Shown here: piece after piece, positions 8,124-18,063 of the stretch
How the letters are laid out: every line of letters starts with the position of its first letter
Numbering within the stretch: position 1 is the first letter of the stretch
Origin: a virus
Taxonomy: Duplodnaviria; Caudoviricetes
Strand: one strand, 5' to 3'
IMG/VR virus record: IMGVR_UViG_3300037587_000069
Span: 1-43,249 of that record
DNA length: 43,249 nt
Made by a program: the position numbers and the translations under genes
Notes under the pieces: generated by a model
Told to the model about the DNA's origin: nothing
The model's database searches: none
The model's input: only the letters and a program-made list of their open reading frames with translations

Positions 8124-8391
8124 CGTTGCTATGGAGATGCCGCGCTACACCTGTCACAAACAGGTGTGGGCGTTGAAGATCAAGGATGTTGTCACCAATC
8201 CTGAAGACAGCTCCGCATTGCTCGTCGTCGAAGACAAAGGTTTCGCGGCAGTGCTTGTCACCGGTGAATACATAGCAAAGCATGACCCTCAACCGGGTGG
8301 ATATTACGTCGTCTACAAAGGCGGTTATAAGTCGTTCTCACCCGCTGTAGCATTTGAATCTGGTTATCAATTAGAAGGAAACACAAAATGA
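8107..8391 (+). CDS. Conserved phage protein (GYYVVY..GY.SFSP..AFE.GY domain)
   Basis: Recognised motif; start at ATG 8107. Confidence 0.75.
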   Translation: MSLENNVAMEMPRYTCHKQVWALKIKDVVTNPEDSSALLVVEDKGFAAVLVTGEYIAKHDPQPGGYYVVYKGGYKSFSPAVAFESGYQLEGNTK

Positions 8392-8807
8392 GCCTCGAAA
8401 ATGAACTGAAGAAAAACACCACAGCACTTGAAGCGATGACTGCCGCACTGCTGGCGTCACAGAGTGGGACTTATAAGACTCCCGAAGGCGACAACGCTTC
8501 GATGGTGCAGGTTTCTCTTGCTGCTCCTGCTCCTGCTCCTGCTCCTGCTGCTCCTGCTCCCCTCGCACCTGGTGCTCCTGTGACGGCAGCGGTTGGCTCT
8601 ACGGCAACCCCTATTACGGCACCTGCTGCTGTCCTGATGACGCCGGAAGAGTTCAACACGGCTCTGGTTGCTGAGATGACCCGGATCAACCAAGGTCGCA
8701 CACCGATCGATGCCGTGATGGGTCAGATGGGCATCACCAGCGTTGTCGGGCTGACTGCTGAGCAGCAAGCGACACTGATGACCACCGTCAAAGCGATTTC
8801 AGCGTGA
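8388..8807 (+). CDS. Ala/Pro-rich protein preceding DUF2800
   Basis: Tiled ORF; GCTCCT repeats at about 8520-8580. Confidence 0.75.
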   Translation: MSLENELKKNTTALEAMTAALLASQSGTYKTPEGDNASMVQVSLAAPAPAPAPAAPAPLAPGAPVTAAVGSTATPITAPAAVLMTPEEFNTALVAEMTRINQGRTPIDAVMGQMGITSVVGLTAEQQATLMTTVKAISA

Positions 8808-10171
8808 GTGAGGGTCACGCACGACTCGGGCCCAGCAATAAACGATGGCCGCACTGCCCCGGCTCTGTTCGTGAAGAGGCGAGGTACCAGGACGTCGCAG
8901 GTGAAGCAGCTATCGACGGCACCGGGTCACACCTGCTGCTTGAGATGTGCATGATCAACAATGTGCCTGCGATCCAGTACGATCAGCAGATCATCGGTGC
9001 TAATCATAAGGACAGTCCGAACGGCTGGCTGGTTGCCCCTGACCGCATCAAGCGGGTGCAGATGTGCCTGGACTATGTCACCCGCCGCGTTGGTGAGCTG
9101 AAGCAGCAGTTCCCCCGCTGTGAGGTGACCGTCGAAGCTGAGTGTCGGTCCAACCCTGGTGAGTATTTTGGTCGAGATGACTGGTGGGGTACGTGTGACA
9201 TCACGATCACCGCGTTCAACCCCGAGACTGGGTTCATCTACTTCCTTGAGGTGTGCGACTACAAAGACGGTCGCGGCTATGTCGGCGAGAGGGACAACAC
9301 CCAGCTGATCAGCTATCTGCGCGGTAAGATGCCGAAGTCAGGGGTGATGCCCGGCCATGTTCGCATGACGATCGTGCAGCCAAAAACCAACCCGGTTATC
9401 CGGTACCAGTGCACCACGCGACCCGAAGACGGCATCATGGTGCAGTCGGTGATCAGTGCTGCTGAAGGCATGGCGGTCGCTGCTGTCGCAACCGATGACC
9501 CTGATGCACCGTGCATCCCCGGCAAGCACTGCCAGTGGTGTAAAGCTAACCCGAAGCGAGGCGGTCACTGTACTGCTGACGCTGAGAAAAGTTTGAGAGT
9601 GGTGGAGTCCATGAGTGATAAAGATCTGATTGTGAGCGACGGTGGTAATCAGCACCTGTTCGAGTACATCCAGAAGGCGGTGGCTGACCCCAAGTCTCTC
9701 ACCGTTGATCAACTCGGTGAGCTGGCTGACGCTGAAGCAGGCTTGATGGCTGCGTTCGGCAAGGTCAAGACCGAGATCGAAGAGCGCATCGAGCAGGGGG
9801 AGACTGTGCCTGGTTACGGAATGCTGCCCGGCAAGAACGCGAAGGTGTGGGTGGGCGACGAAGCAGCCATCGAGAAGATGCTGAAGGCACGTCGGGTCAA
9901 GAAGGCTGACATCTTCCCCACTAAGTTGATCAGCCCCGCACAGGTGATGAAGCTGCCAGACGACGTGCTGACCGCTGATCAGAAGTCCAAGATTGAGCGT
10001 GACTACATTGCTGTTAAAGCTGGCAAGTCGTCACTGCAGAAAGTCAGTCGTGATCATCAACCGAAAGTGGAAAAAGATGTTGCACAAAGTTCCACAGTTG
10101 ATATGATGTTCGCAGATGTTCCAAAAACCCCGACCGAAGCCGCACCTGCTGCTGAAGTTTCATTCTTTTAG
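8804..10171 (+). CDS. DUF2800 family Cas4-like PD-(D/E)XK nuclease
   Basis: HARLGPS..RWPHCPGS, GTCD, DYKDG, QL..Y, PGKHCQWC. Confidence 0.85.
   Translation: MSEGHARLGPSNKRWPHCPGSVREEARYQDVAGEAAIDGTGSHLLLEMCMINNVPAIQYDQQIIGANHKDSPNGWLVAPDRIKRVQMCLDYVTRRVGELKQQFPRCEVTVEAECRSNPGEYFGRDDWWGTCDITITAFNPETGFIYFLEVCDYKDGRGYVGERDNTQLISYLRGKMPKSGVMPGHVRMTIVQPKTNPVIRYQCTTRPEDGIMVQSVISAAEGMAVAAVATDDPDAPCIPGKHCQWCKANPKRGGHCTADAEKSLRVVESMSDKDLIVSDGGNQHLFEYIQKAVADPKSLTVDQLGELADAEAGLMAAFGKVKTEIEERIEQGETVPGYGMLPGKNAKVWVGDEAAIEKMLKARRVKKADIFPTKLISPAQVMKLPDDVLTADQKSKIERDYIAVKAGKSSLQKVSRDHQPKVEKDVAQSSTVDMMFADVPKTPTEAAPAAEVSFF
10078..10107 (+). promoter_or_regulatory. Internal promoter upstream of SSB with operator-like palindrome
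   Basis: TTGCAC and extended -10 TGnTATGAT; TGTTGCACA-A-AGTTCCACA at 10078-10096. Confidence 0.6.
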
Positions 10172-10183
10172 AGGTGACAAAAC

Positions 10184-11002
<819 letters not shown>

Positions 11003-11046
11003 TCAAACGTGCCGGGGTCACACCCGGCCTAGCTCACTGTCGGAGA

Positions 11047-11295
11047 ATGATTATGCGTAGACAATTAGCACTAGCAATCGCAGGCATGATGGGTCACCCC
11101 CTGCAACCACGACTGCATCGCGTTCGTCAACCCCTGGTGCCTAATCCTGTCATCATGGCAGCAGTTCAGGCCAAGCGCGACCGTCGCAACCAGCACCGAC
11201 TGAACACCTGGACTGGCATCAGGCATGATACGGTTCATGTGCGAAGCACTGTGATGAAGCTGGAACCACAACCTCATCAGCGGTATCGGCACTAG
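11047..11295 (+). CDS. Basic hypothetical protein
   Basis: GGAG RBS; follows hairpin 11011-11028. Confidence 0.6.
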   Translation: MIMRRQLALAIAGMMGHPLQPRLHRVRQPLVPNPVIMAAVQAKRDRRNQHRLNTWTGIRHDTVHVRSTVMKLEPQPHQRYRH

Positions 11296-11366
11296 CAACC
11301 CACCCCGAGAGCGCACTGTTACAGCAGTGTGAGTTTGCAGGCTGGTCACCTGTCTCCCGAAACGAC

Positions 11367-11503
11367 TGTCATTTTGAAGTGTGAACACACGGGTTGACGT
11401 GTTCTGCGATGGGAGATTTAGAAAGCGACTGACAAAACCCTATTCTCCCAGGAAGGGTGTCAGTCAAGCTGGGGATCAACACCAGCCACACTCCAAAATG
11501 ATA
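11367..11503 (+). ncRNA. Candidate structured RNA (tRNA-like multibranch fold with pseudoknot)
   Basis: 17-position closing stem, three internal hairpins and 7-nt loop complementarity in an otherwise gene-dense region. Confidence 0.65.
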
Positions 11504-11518
11504 ATGAGGTGACGACTG

Positions 11519-11596
11519 ATGGATATGACACTGTACGAAAGCATTGACCTGCTCATCAAAACCGTGATTGCAGTCATCCTCTACTACTCGGTGTGA
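11519..11596 (+). CDS. 25-aa hydrophobic peptide MDMTLYESIDLLIKTVIAVILYYSV
   Basis: GAGGTG RBS at 11506-11511; stop lies 2 nt before the polymerase ATG. Confidence 0.5.
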   Translation: MDMTLYESIDLLIKTVIAVILYYSV

Positions 11597-11598
11597 CT

Positions 11599-13590
11599 AT
11601 GACCAACCCTGACTTCCTGTTCGGCGTCACTGACGGTGACATTGATTATGATATCGAGACTTTCCCAAACGCTTTCACGATCGGTCTGCTGCATCGCACG
11701 ACCAGGCGCAAGTGGTACTTCGAGATCAGCACCCGCCGCAATGACATCCACCTGTTCTGTGTGTTCCTCGACATCCTGAGTCAGCACAAAGTTCGCATGG
11801 TCGGGTTCAACAACATTGGATTCGATTACCCGGTGATCCACTTCATCCACAAGAACCAGCACGTCGGCATCACCTACACCGACATCTACAACAAGGCGAT
11901 GTCGATCATCAATGCACCCCACAACGCACGCTTTGCCAGCATGGTGTGGGAGTCTGATTGGCTGGTGCCTCAGCTGGACCTGTTTAAGATCCACCACTTC
12001 GACAACATGGCAAAGGCCACCAGTCTGAAGGTGCTCGAGTTCAATATGCGGATGAGCAACATTGAAGATCTGCCGTTCCCTGTCGGCACCGTGCTCACCG
12101 ATGATCAGATTCAGGTGCTGGCTGACTACATGTGGCACGACATCGACGCGACCGATCTGTTCTGCGATGAGACTGCTGATCAGATCCGCTTCCGTGAAGA
12201 GCTGACCGTGAAGTATGGCAAGAACTTCCTCAACCACAATGACACAAAGATCGGCAAAGACTACTTCATCATGAAGCTGGAAGAGGTCAACCCTGGTTGC
12301 TGTTACAAGCAGGTCGACGGCAAACGCAAGATGGTGCAGACAATACGTGAACGAATCGACATGGCTGAGATCATCCTGCCGTGCGTCACGTTCGAGCACC
12401 CTGAGTTCCAGCGCATCCTGATCTGGTTCAAGTCACAGGTGATCACCGAAACGAAAGGGTCGATCAAAGATGTGAACTGCACTATTGACGGGTTCCAGTT
12501 CGACTTCGGCACCGGCGGCATTCACGGTTCAGTTGAGTCTCAAGTTGTCCACTCTGATGATTATTGGGTCATTGAAGACTGGGATGTCGCCAGCTACTAC
12601 CCGAACATTGCGATCGCCAACGGACTGTACCCGGCGCACCTCGGTGAAACATTCTGCGCCATTTACAAAGACGTGTACGAGCAGCGCAAGGGTTACGCGA
12701 AAGGCACCGCTGAGAACGCGATGCTGAAGCTGGCGCTGAACGGTGTCTACGGTGACAGCAACAACCAGTACAGCCCTTTCTTCGACCCTCAATACACCAT
12801 GTCGATCACCATCAACGGTCAGCTGCTGCTGTGCATGTTGGCTGAGCAGCTGATGAAGCTGGCTGAGCTGAGCATGGTGCAGATCAACACAGACGGTCTG
12901 ACGATCCGGTACCCGCGTGCTCACAAGGAGTGGGTGCACAGTGTCTGCCGATGGTGGGAACAGGTCACCAGGCTTGAGTTGGAGGATGCTGAGTACAGTC
13001 GCTTCATGGTGCGTGACGTGAACAACTACATCGCTGAGTACGTCGGTGGTGACGTGAAGCGCAAAGGCACATATGAGTATGATCTTGGGTGGCATCAGAA
13101 CCACAGCGCCCTGGTCGTTGCCAAAGCTGCTGAAGCTGCACTGGTCCGGGGTGAAGACATCCGTGAGTTCATCACCAATCATGACGACATCTTCGACTTC
13201 TTTCTGCGCACCAAGGTACCCCGCAGCTCATCGCTTGAGTGGGGTGGTGAGCAGGTCAGCAACATTGTGCGCTACTACATCAGCACTGAGGGTCGACCAC
13301 TTGAGAAGGTGATGCCTGCAGGCGGTCCGATGGGTGAGTTCAAGCGTGCCAACAAGCTGACCGATGCACACTTCGATGGTGTCATGGCTGAGGTGGGTCC
13401 GGGTGTGTGGGATGAGCGGGTGCACACCAAGAATCAGTCAGTGTATGAAGAGCGTCGGATGGGGATCAACACCGGCTGGTCTGTGCAGATCTGCAACAAC
13501 CTTGAGAACCACGGTCGATTCGCAACTGGGGTGAACTTCGAATGGTACATCAAGGAAGCTGAGAAGCTGGTGAAACCATTGCTTGACTGA
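11599..13590 (+). CDS. Family-B-type DNA polymerase with 3'-5' exonuclease
   Basis: Exo motifs DIET, FNNIGFD, YMWHD; polymerase motifs DVASYYPN, KLALNGVYG, NTDG. Confidence 0.9.
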   Translation: MTNPDFLFGVTDGDIDYDIETFPNAFTIGLLHRTTRRKWYFEISTRRNDIHLFCVFLDILSQHKVRMVGFNNIGFDYPVIHFIHKNQHVGITYTDIYNKAMSIINAPHNARFASMVWESDWLVPQLDLFKIHHFDNMAKATSLKVLEFNMRMSNIEDLPFPVGTVLTDDQIQVLADYMWHDIDATDLFCDETADQIRFREELTVKYGKNFLNHNDTKIGKDYFIMKLEEVNPGCCYKQVDGKRKMVQTIRERIDMAEIILPCVTFEHPEFQRILIWFKSQVITETKGSIKDVNCTIDGFQFDFGTGGIHGSVESQVVHSDDYWVIEDWDVASYYPNIAIANGLYPAHLGETFCAIYKDVYEQRKGYAKGTAENAMLKLALNGVYGDSNNQYSPFFDPQYTMSITINGQLLLCMLAEQLMKLAELSMVQINTDGLTIRYPRAHKEWVHSVCRWWEQVTRLELEDAEYSRFMVRDVNNYIAEYVGGDVKRKGTYEYDLGWHQNHSALVVAKAAEAALVRGEDIREFITNHDDIFDFFLRTKVPRSSSLEWGGEQVSNIVRYYISTEGRPLEKVMPAGGPMGEFKRANKLTDAHFDGVMAEVGPGVWDERVHTKNQSVYEERRMGINTGWSVQICNNLENHGRFATGVNFEWYIKEAEKLVKPLLD

Positions 13591-13611
13591 TGTGGGACAA
13601 TGTTCTACAGT
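13583..13611 (+). promoter_or_regulatory. sigma70-type promoter with operator-like palindrome
   Basis: TTGACT-17 nt-TACAGT; TGTGGGACA-A-TGTTCTACA at 13591-13609. Confidence 0.7.
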
Positions 13612-13639
13612 TGATGAAACTCTGATAAACAAGGTGACG

Positions 13640-13936
13640 ATGATGGCTAAGGATAAGAACTTTAAAATAGATCGCAACAGAAAAGCCCCGACGATCAAAG
13701 CATCTGATGTGAAGATCGGTGATATGTTTGAGCGACACGGTTCGCTGCACATGCGCACTGGGGCACCTTCGCACCGAACTGCTGACGGCGATGCCGCATT
13801 TCGCCCCACGACAGGTGATACTATTTGGGTCTGTAATTTGAACAAGGGTTCAGTTTGGCAGATCGACGACACTGAGCAGTTGACCCTTGTATACGGGTGT
13901 GAAATCAAATACTACGCGTCGGAGCATCAGTCATGA
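13640..13936 (+). CDS. Hypothetical protein
   Basis: AAGGTG RBS; start moved to ATG 13640. Confidence 0.7.
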   Translation: MMAKDKNFKIDRNRKAPTIKASDVKIGDMFERHGSLHMRTGAPSHRTADGDAAFRPTTGDTIWVCNLNKGSVWQIDDTEQLTLVYGCEIKYYASEHQS

Positions 13937-14364
13937 TTAATTTTATCCGCACATTCGACCACGACCTGCCACTGCCTAACAGGGCAACACCGCGTTCAGC
14001 TGGTCTGGATCTGCACACCGCTGAAGATGTCACGATCCTGCCCGGCGAACGGCATCTGGTCAGCACTGGGTGGTCATGGGACACCAGCGGCTACTCAGAT
14101 GTCTATGGTCGCGTTGCACCTCGCTCAGGTCTGGCGGTGAAGCTTGGCATCGACGTGCTTGCAGGTGTGATCGATGCCGACTACCAGGGGGAGATCAAGG
14201 TGCCGCTGATCAACCACGGTCAGTGGAAAGTGCATCTTGCGAAAGGTGACCGCATCGCTCAGCTGATCCTTGAGGCGTACATCACACCGACGATTGGTGA
14301 AACGGCTGCGTACAGTGTTGTGACTGACCGCGGTGAAGGTGGCTTCGGGGGTAGTGGCGCATGA
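13933..14364 (+). CDS. dut: Trimeric dUTPase
   Basis: SAGLDL, APRSGLA, GVIDADYQGEI, DRIAQL, RGEGGFG. Confidence 0.95.
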   Translation: MINFIRTFDHDLPLPNRATPRSAGLDLHTAEDVTILPGERHLVSTGWSWDTSGYSDVYGRVAPRSGLAVKLGIDVLAGVIDADYQGEIKVPLINHGQWKVHLAKGDRIAQLILEAYITPTIGETAAYSVVTDRGEGGFGGSGA

Positions 14365-14654
14365 TCGAATCACAAAAAGCATTGCGGGAATCAATACTGA
14401 AAAAACTCCTCGATCTTGAACTATTCGTTGATGAAATTGCTGAGACACAGATCCGCAATCGACTCAGCAACTGCATCGTCGCTGCACGTAGAGAGATCGT
14501 CGACAAAGATTACAATCGTGAGACTCGTGCCGAACACCTGCTGCGTGAGATGTTCATGAAGTGTCGTGACTCACAGAACGTCAACCAGCACAACCCGTAT
14601 TCGTGGGCTGAGTTGAACCCTGAACTAATGCAGAGACTCAAGGAGTTTATGTAA
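14361..14654 (+). CDS. Hypothetical protein
   Basis: Tiled ORF. Confidence 0.7.
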   Translation: MIESQKALRESILKKLLDLELFVDEIAETQIRNRLSNCIVAARREIVDKDYNRETRAEHLLREMFMKCRDSQNVNQHNPYSWAELNPELMQRLKEFM

Positions 14655-14956
14655 TGGGCGTCCGTGAGAACAAAGTCGAGCGGTACCTCGACGACCAGGT
14701 CAAGCTACTGGGTGGTGAGACTCGGAAGTTCGTCAGCCCTGGTCACGACGGTGTTGCTGATCGGCTCTGCTTCCTCCCTGGTGGGCTGCTGTGGCTTGTC
14801 GAGGTGAAGACTATTGACGGCGATGAGTCAGGACCGCAGTCCCGTGAGCGCACTCGAATGACGAAACTGGGGTTCAGGGCGACGATCGTCTACGGTGAAG
14901 TTCAGGTTGATCTTCTGATAGCTGTGATGGTCAAGGTGATGGGAGGTGATTTATGA
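14654..14956 (+). CDS. VRR-NUC domain nuclease
   Basis: E..VE, KFVSPG..GVADR, VEVK, Q. Confidence 0.9.
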   Translation: MGVRENKVERYLDDQVKLLGGETRKFVSPGHDGVADRLCFLPGGLLWLVEVKTIDGDESGPQSRERTRMTKLGFRATIVYGEVQVDLLIAVMVKVMGGDL

Positions 14957-15243
14957 CTATCGAAAGCTGGCGCAGGTTTGACAGGATACTAGGGAATCGT
15001 GCCGACCCTGCTGTCAGGCGACGTGTGATGGGTCGACTGTATGATAAGACTGTATGCTTCGTTCACGGTCGGCACATCGTGCAACCTCACATCAAGGGTA
15101 CTCGTACTCAGGTTACAATTCAGCGAAGAGTGCGTGGATGGATTGTCAGATATAAGCAACAAGGCAAACCAGGCATCACCATTAATTCATACACTCAACT
15201 CTACTCTATCATGTATTTTCACGGTGAACTACACAGTGACTAA
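14953..15243 (+). CDS. Basic hypothetical protein
   Basis: GGAGG RBS; sits between VRR-NUC and the helicase. Confidence 0.6.
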   Translation: MTIESWRRFDRILGNRADPAVRRRVMGRLYDKTVCFVHGRHIVQPHIKGTRTQVTIQRRVRGWIVRYKQQGKPGITINSYTQLYSIMYFHGELHSD

Positions 15244-16735
15244 CAACCTACTCACACCCCAGCAGCTCCACGACTACCAGCGCGAATGTGTCATGCACCA
15301 GCTGCAGCACGACGACTCAATGCTGTGGCTTCAAATGGGATTAGGTAAGACGCCGATCACGCTCACCACCCTGGTCGACAGGATGCGCAGTGGTCAGGTG
15401 CAGAAGACTCTGATCTTCGGTCCTCTGCGGGTCATACAAGCGGTGTGGGCACGTGAAGCACGCAAGTGGACTCACACTAAGCATCTGCGCTTCAGCGTCA
15501 TCCACGGCACCAGAGAGAAGCGTGGTCGTGCCTTGTTCGCCGACGCCGACGTTTACCTGATCAACTATGAATCGATGAACTGGTTGGCTCAGGAACTCGA
15601 TCACTATTACATCAGTCAGGATAAACCACTACCGTTTCAGATGGTGGTGTATGACGAGGTGTCGAAGCTGAAGAACAGCACCACACTACGCATGGCTGGC
15701 GGCACCCGCGATCGCAAAGATGGACGTGGTGAAGCAGTCAAGATCAAGGTCACAGGCTGGCGCAAGATCATACCCCACTTCAAATACCGGACCGGATTAA
15801 CCGGCACCCCGGCAAGCAACGGGTACCTGGATCTGTTCGGTCAGTTCCTCGCTGTCGACGGGGGTGAGCGACTGGGTGAGTACATCACTCACTACAAAGA
15901 TAACTACTTCATGTCGGATTACAGCGGGTGGAACTATTCACCGACTGAACTCGGCAAGCAATGGATTGAGCACAAGGTCAGCGACATCACAAAGAAGATG
16001 GACGCGGCTGACTACCTGGATCTGCCTGAGTGCAAGGTCACGAACGTCATGGTGGACCTACCTGCAGCAGCACGCAAAGCGTACCAGGAAGTCGAGAAGA
16101 ACATGTTCACCCAGCTCGACAGCGGGTCAGAGGTTGAGGTGTTCAGCCGCAGCAGTGTGTCGAACAAGTGCTGCCAGTTCGCCAACGGGTCACCCTATCT
16201 GAACAGTGATTCACCCGAGTTCGAAGCGCTGCACGATGCGAAACTGGACGCGCTTGAGGATGTGCTTGAGGAAGCAGGCGGTGCGCCGGTGCTGTGCAGT
16301 TATACGTTCAAGGCTGACGCACAGCGGATCATGCAGCGGTTCAAGAAGTACAGACCCGTCAACCTGACTAACACCCCGTCGAAGGATACTGAGGCGATCA
16401 TCAACAAATGGAACACCGGGCAGATCAAACTGCTGATCGGCCACCCGGCATCGATGGGGCATGGTGTGGATGGGCTGCAAGACAGCGGGTCGATCCTGGT
16501 GTGGTTCGGGCTGAACTGGTCGCTTGAGTTGTATGAGCAGATGAACGGTCGCATCAACCGACAGGGTCAGACTCGACCTGTGTCACTCATCCGAATCCTA
16601 TGCAATGACACGGTGGATCTGGCGGTGGCGGATGCGCTCGAAAGAAAGGTCGATGACCAGGAGGGGTTGAAGTCTGCGATCGACCGGTACCGTCGCGGCA
16701 TCACGACGAATGAGCTTGAAGTTAACTTTTTCTAA
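15236..16735 (+). CDS. SNF2-family helicase
   Basis: LHDYQ, MGLGKT, DEVS, LTGTP, QMNGRINRQGQ; start moved to GTG 15236. Confidence 0.9.
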   Translation: MTNNLLTPQQLHDYQRECVMHQLQHDDSMLWLQMGLGKTPITLTTLVDRMRSGQVQKTLIFGPLRVIQAVWAREARKWTHTKHLRFSVIHGTREKRGRALFADADVYLINYESMNWLAQELDHYYISQDKPLPFQMVVYDEVSKLKNSTTLRMAGGTRDRKDGRGEAVKIKVTGWRKIIPHFKYRTGLTGTPASNGYLDLFGQFLAVDGGERLGEYITHYKDNYFMSDYSGWNYSPTELGKQWIEHKVSDITKKMDAADYLDLPECKVTNVMVDLPAAARKAYQEVEKNMFTQLDSGSEVEVFSRSSVSNKCCQFANGSPYLNSDSPEFEALHDAKLDALEDVLEEAGGAPVLCSYTFKADAQRIMQRFKKYRPVNLTNTPSKDTEAIINKWNTGQIKLLIGHPASMGHGVDGLQDSGSILVWFGLNWSLELYEQMNGRINRQGQTRPVSLIRILCNDTVDLAVADALERKVDDQEGLKSAIDRYRRGITTNELEVNFF

Positions 16736-17085
16736 TGCTTGCTGAAGTGTTCAATCAGGTAGTGCACCCCGGCACCCAGTCCACCGAGGATGCCGCCCCA
16801 CTTCAAGCACCAGACCACGAACCCCTGCAGTCCTTTACCAACCCGAGCAGCCCCTTGGAAGTCCTTGCTGAGCTGCACGATGACTGCAGTGTCAGACACC
16901 ACTGCCGACACTGCAGCAGTGATTTCGGTGATGGCTTTGGTGTTAACATCCTGCGCGTTGAACAGTCGTTCCATCCTGACATCGTGGTTCTTACGCCACT
17001 CGTCTTCCTCAACTTTATGGTCATGGAAGTCCTGGCACAATTGGAACAACTTCTCATCGGTACAACGCTTGTCTTCATCAGACAT
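16732..17085 (-). CDS. Membrane protein with C-terminal TM segment (lysis-associated)
   Basis: Coiled-coil followed by a hydrophobic C-terminus; adjacent to the holin. Confidence 0.65.
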   Translation of the reverse strand: MSDEDKRCTDEKLFQLCQDFHDHKVEEDEWRKNHDVRMERLFNAQDVNTKAITEITAAVSAVVSDTAVIVQLSKDFQGAARVGKGLQGFVVWCLKWGGILGGLGAGVHYLIEHFSKH

Positions 17086-17094
17086 GAGGCATCC

Positions 17095-17598
17095 CTACTT
17101 TGCAAATACTTTGATGATCAGCGGTTCCAGATTTTTGATGGTGCGTTCACCGAATAAAAACCCCAAAACCAGTACGTTGATGATGATCATAGCAGTTTGC
17201 TGTTGCTCAGTGAAGGTCATAGCAACTTGCTGCTGGTCAACGATGACTACCCCTTTGCCGAAAAACCACTGCTGATCCATATACATTGTAGCGAACCCCC
17301 ACAGTGGACGCTGCAACCCTCGCAGGAACAGCACAAGGCGACCAAACACAGGCATCGTCAGCAGGTCTTTTGCGGTGCCTTCCTGCTCTGAGATGCGCTG
17401 ATCCAGTTGGGTTGCTGCGTCACTGAGCACCTGGTTCGTCTGCATCGCCTTGTCATGTAGGAACTGCTGAACCTTCAGCTCAGCTTCAGCTTTTTGCTGA
17501 GGTGACATGTCGGGGGGGAAGTACGCCATCACACCTTCTTTGATCTCTTTGAATAACGACCCGCCAACAAAGTCGGTCACCTTCGATAGAATGCTCAT
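17095..17598 (-). CDS. Putative holin
   Basis: QRPLWGF, hydrophobic segments, GFLFGERTIK; next to the lysin. Confidence 0.7.
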   Translation of the reverse strand: MSILSKVTDFVGGSLFKEIKEGVMAYFPPDMSPQQKAEAELKVQQFLHDKAMQTNQVLSDAATQLDQRISEQEGTAKDLLTMPVFGRLVLFLRGLQRPLWGFATMYMDQQWFFGKGVVIVDQQQVAMTFTEQQQTAMIIINVLVLGFLFGERTIKNLEPLIIKVFAK

Positions 17599-17599
17599 A

Positions 17600-18049
17600 T
17601 CACCGATCCTCATCAATGTAGTGAATCACCAGATCATCCACCAAAACAGCGTCGATCACCGCTTGGTACAGCGCCTTGTAAGCAGCCACCGACGAACCCA
17701 CGGTGAGTGTGTCACCAGCACCCACACAAGTCTGACCGACCAACAAACACCCTGCCGTGTCAGCCTCGGTGTTGCCGACGTGGATCAGGATGAACTCGAA
17801 CCCCGGCACATCGAGTACGTGCAGCATACCCTGGTGGATGCCTGCGAACTTCTTGCTGTACCGGTTGTGAAAACCACCCTCAGCTCTGACACCAATCTTG
17901 TAAGCGCCAGCAGGTATGCGAGTCTTACCGCTGACTTTGGCATCACGGTGCTCATCCTCAAGCCCGTAGCATTGACGCACCCCGTCGATCTTGACTTCTG
18001 ACAGGGTTGCGTCGTCGTTTGATAGGAACCGTCTGACGGTAATGATCAT
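17600..18049 (-). CDS. DUF5675-family putative endolysin
   Basis: TRIPAGAY, DVPGFEFILIHVGN...DTAGCLLVG. Confidence 0.8.
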   Translation of the reverse strand: MIITVRRFLSNDDATLSEVKIDGVRQCYGLEDEHRDAKVSGKTRIPAGAYKIGVRAEGGFHNRYSKKFAGIHQGMLHVLDVPGFEFILIHVGNTEADTAGCLLVGQTCVGAGDTLTVGSSVAAYKALYQAVIDAVLVDDLVIHYIDEDR

Positions 18050-18063
18050 CGTTTGGTCTCCGA

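Noticed and set aside
8107-8402. Two adjacent genes both starting MSLEN
   Set aside because: Codons differ and the similarity does not extend further; probably coincidence
8804-10171. CRISPR-Cas system suggested by the Cas4-like nuclease
   Set aside because: It is the usual DUF2800 replication-module nuclease; no cas1 or array present
11367-11503. Canonical tRNA gene
   Set aside because: Too long, no TTC T-loop, and no standard D or anticodon arms; kept as a candidate ncRNA
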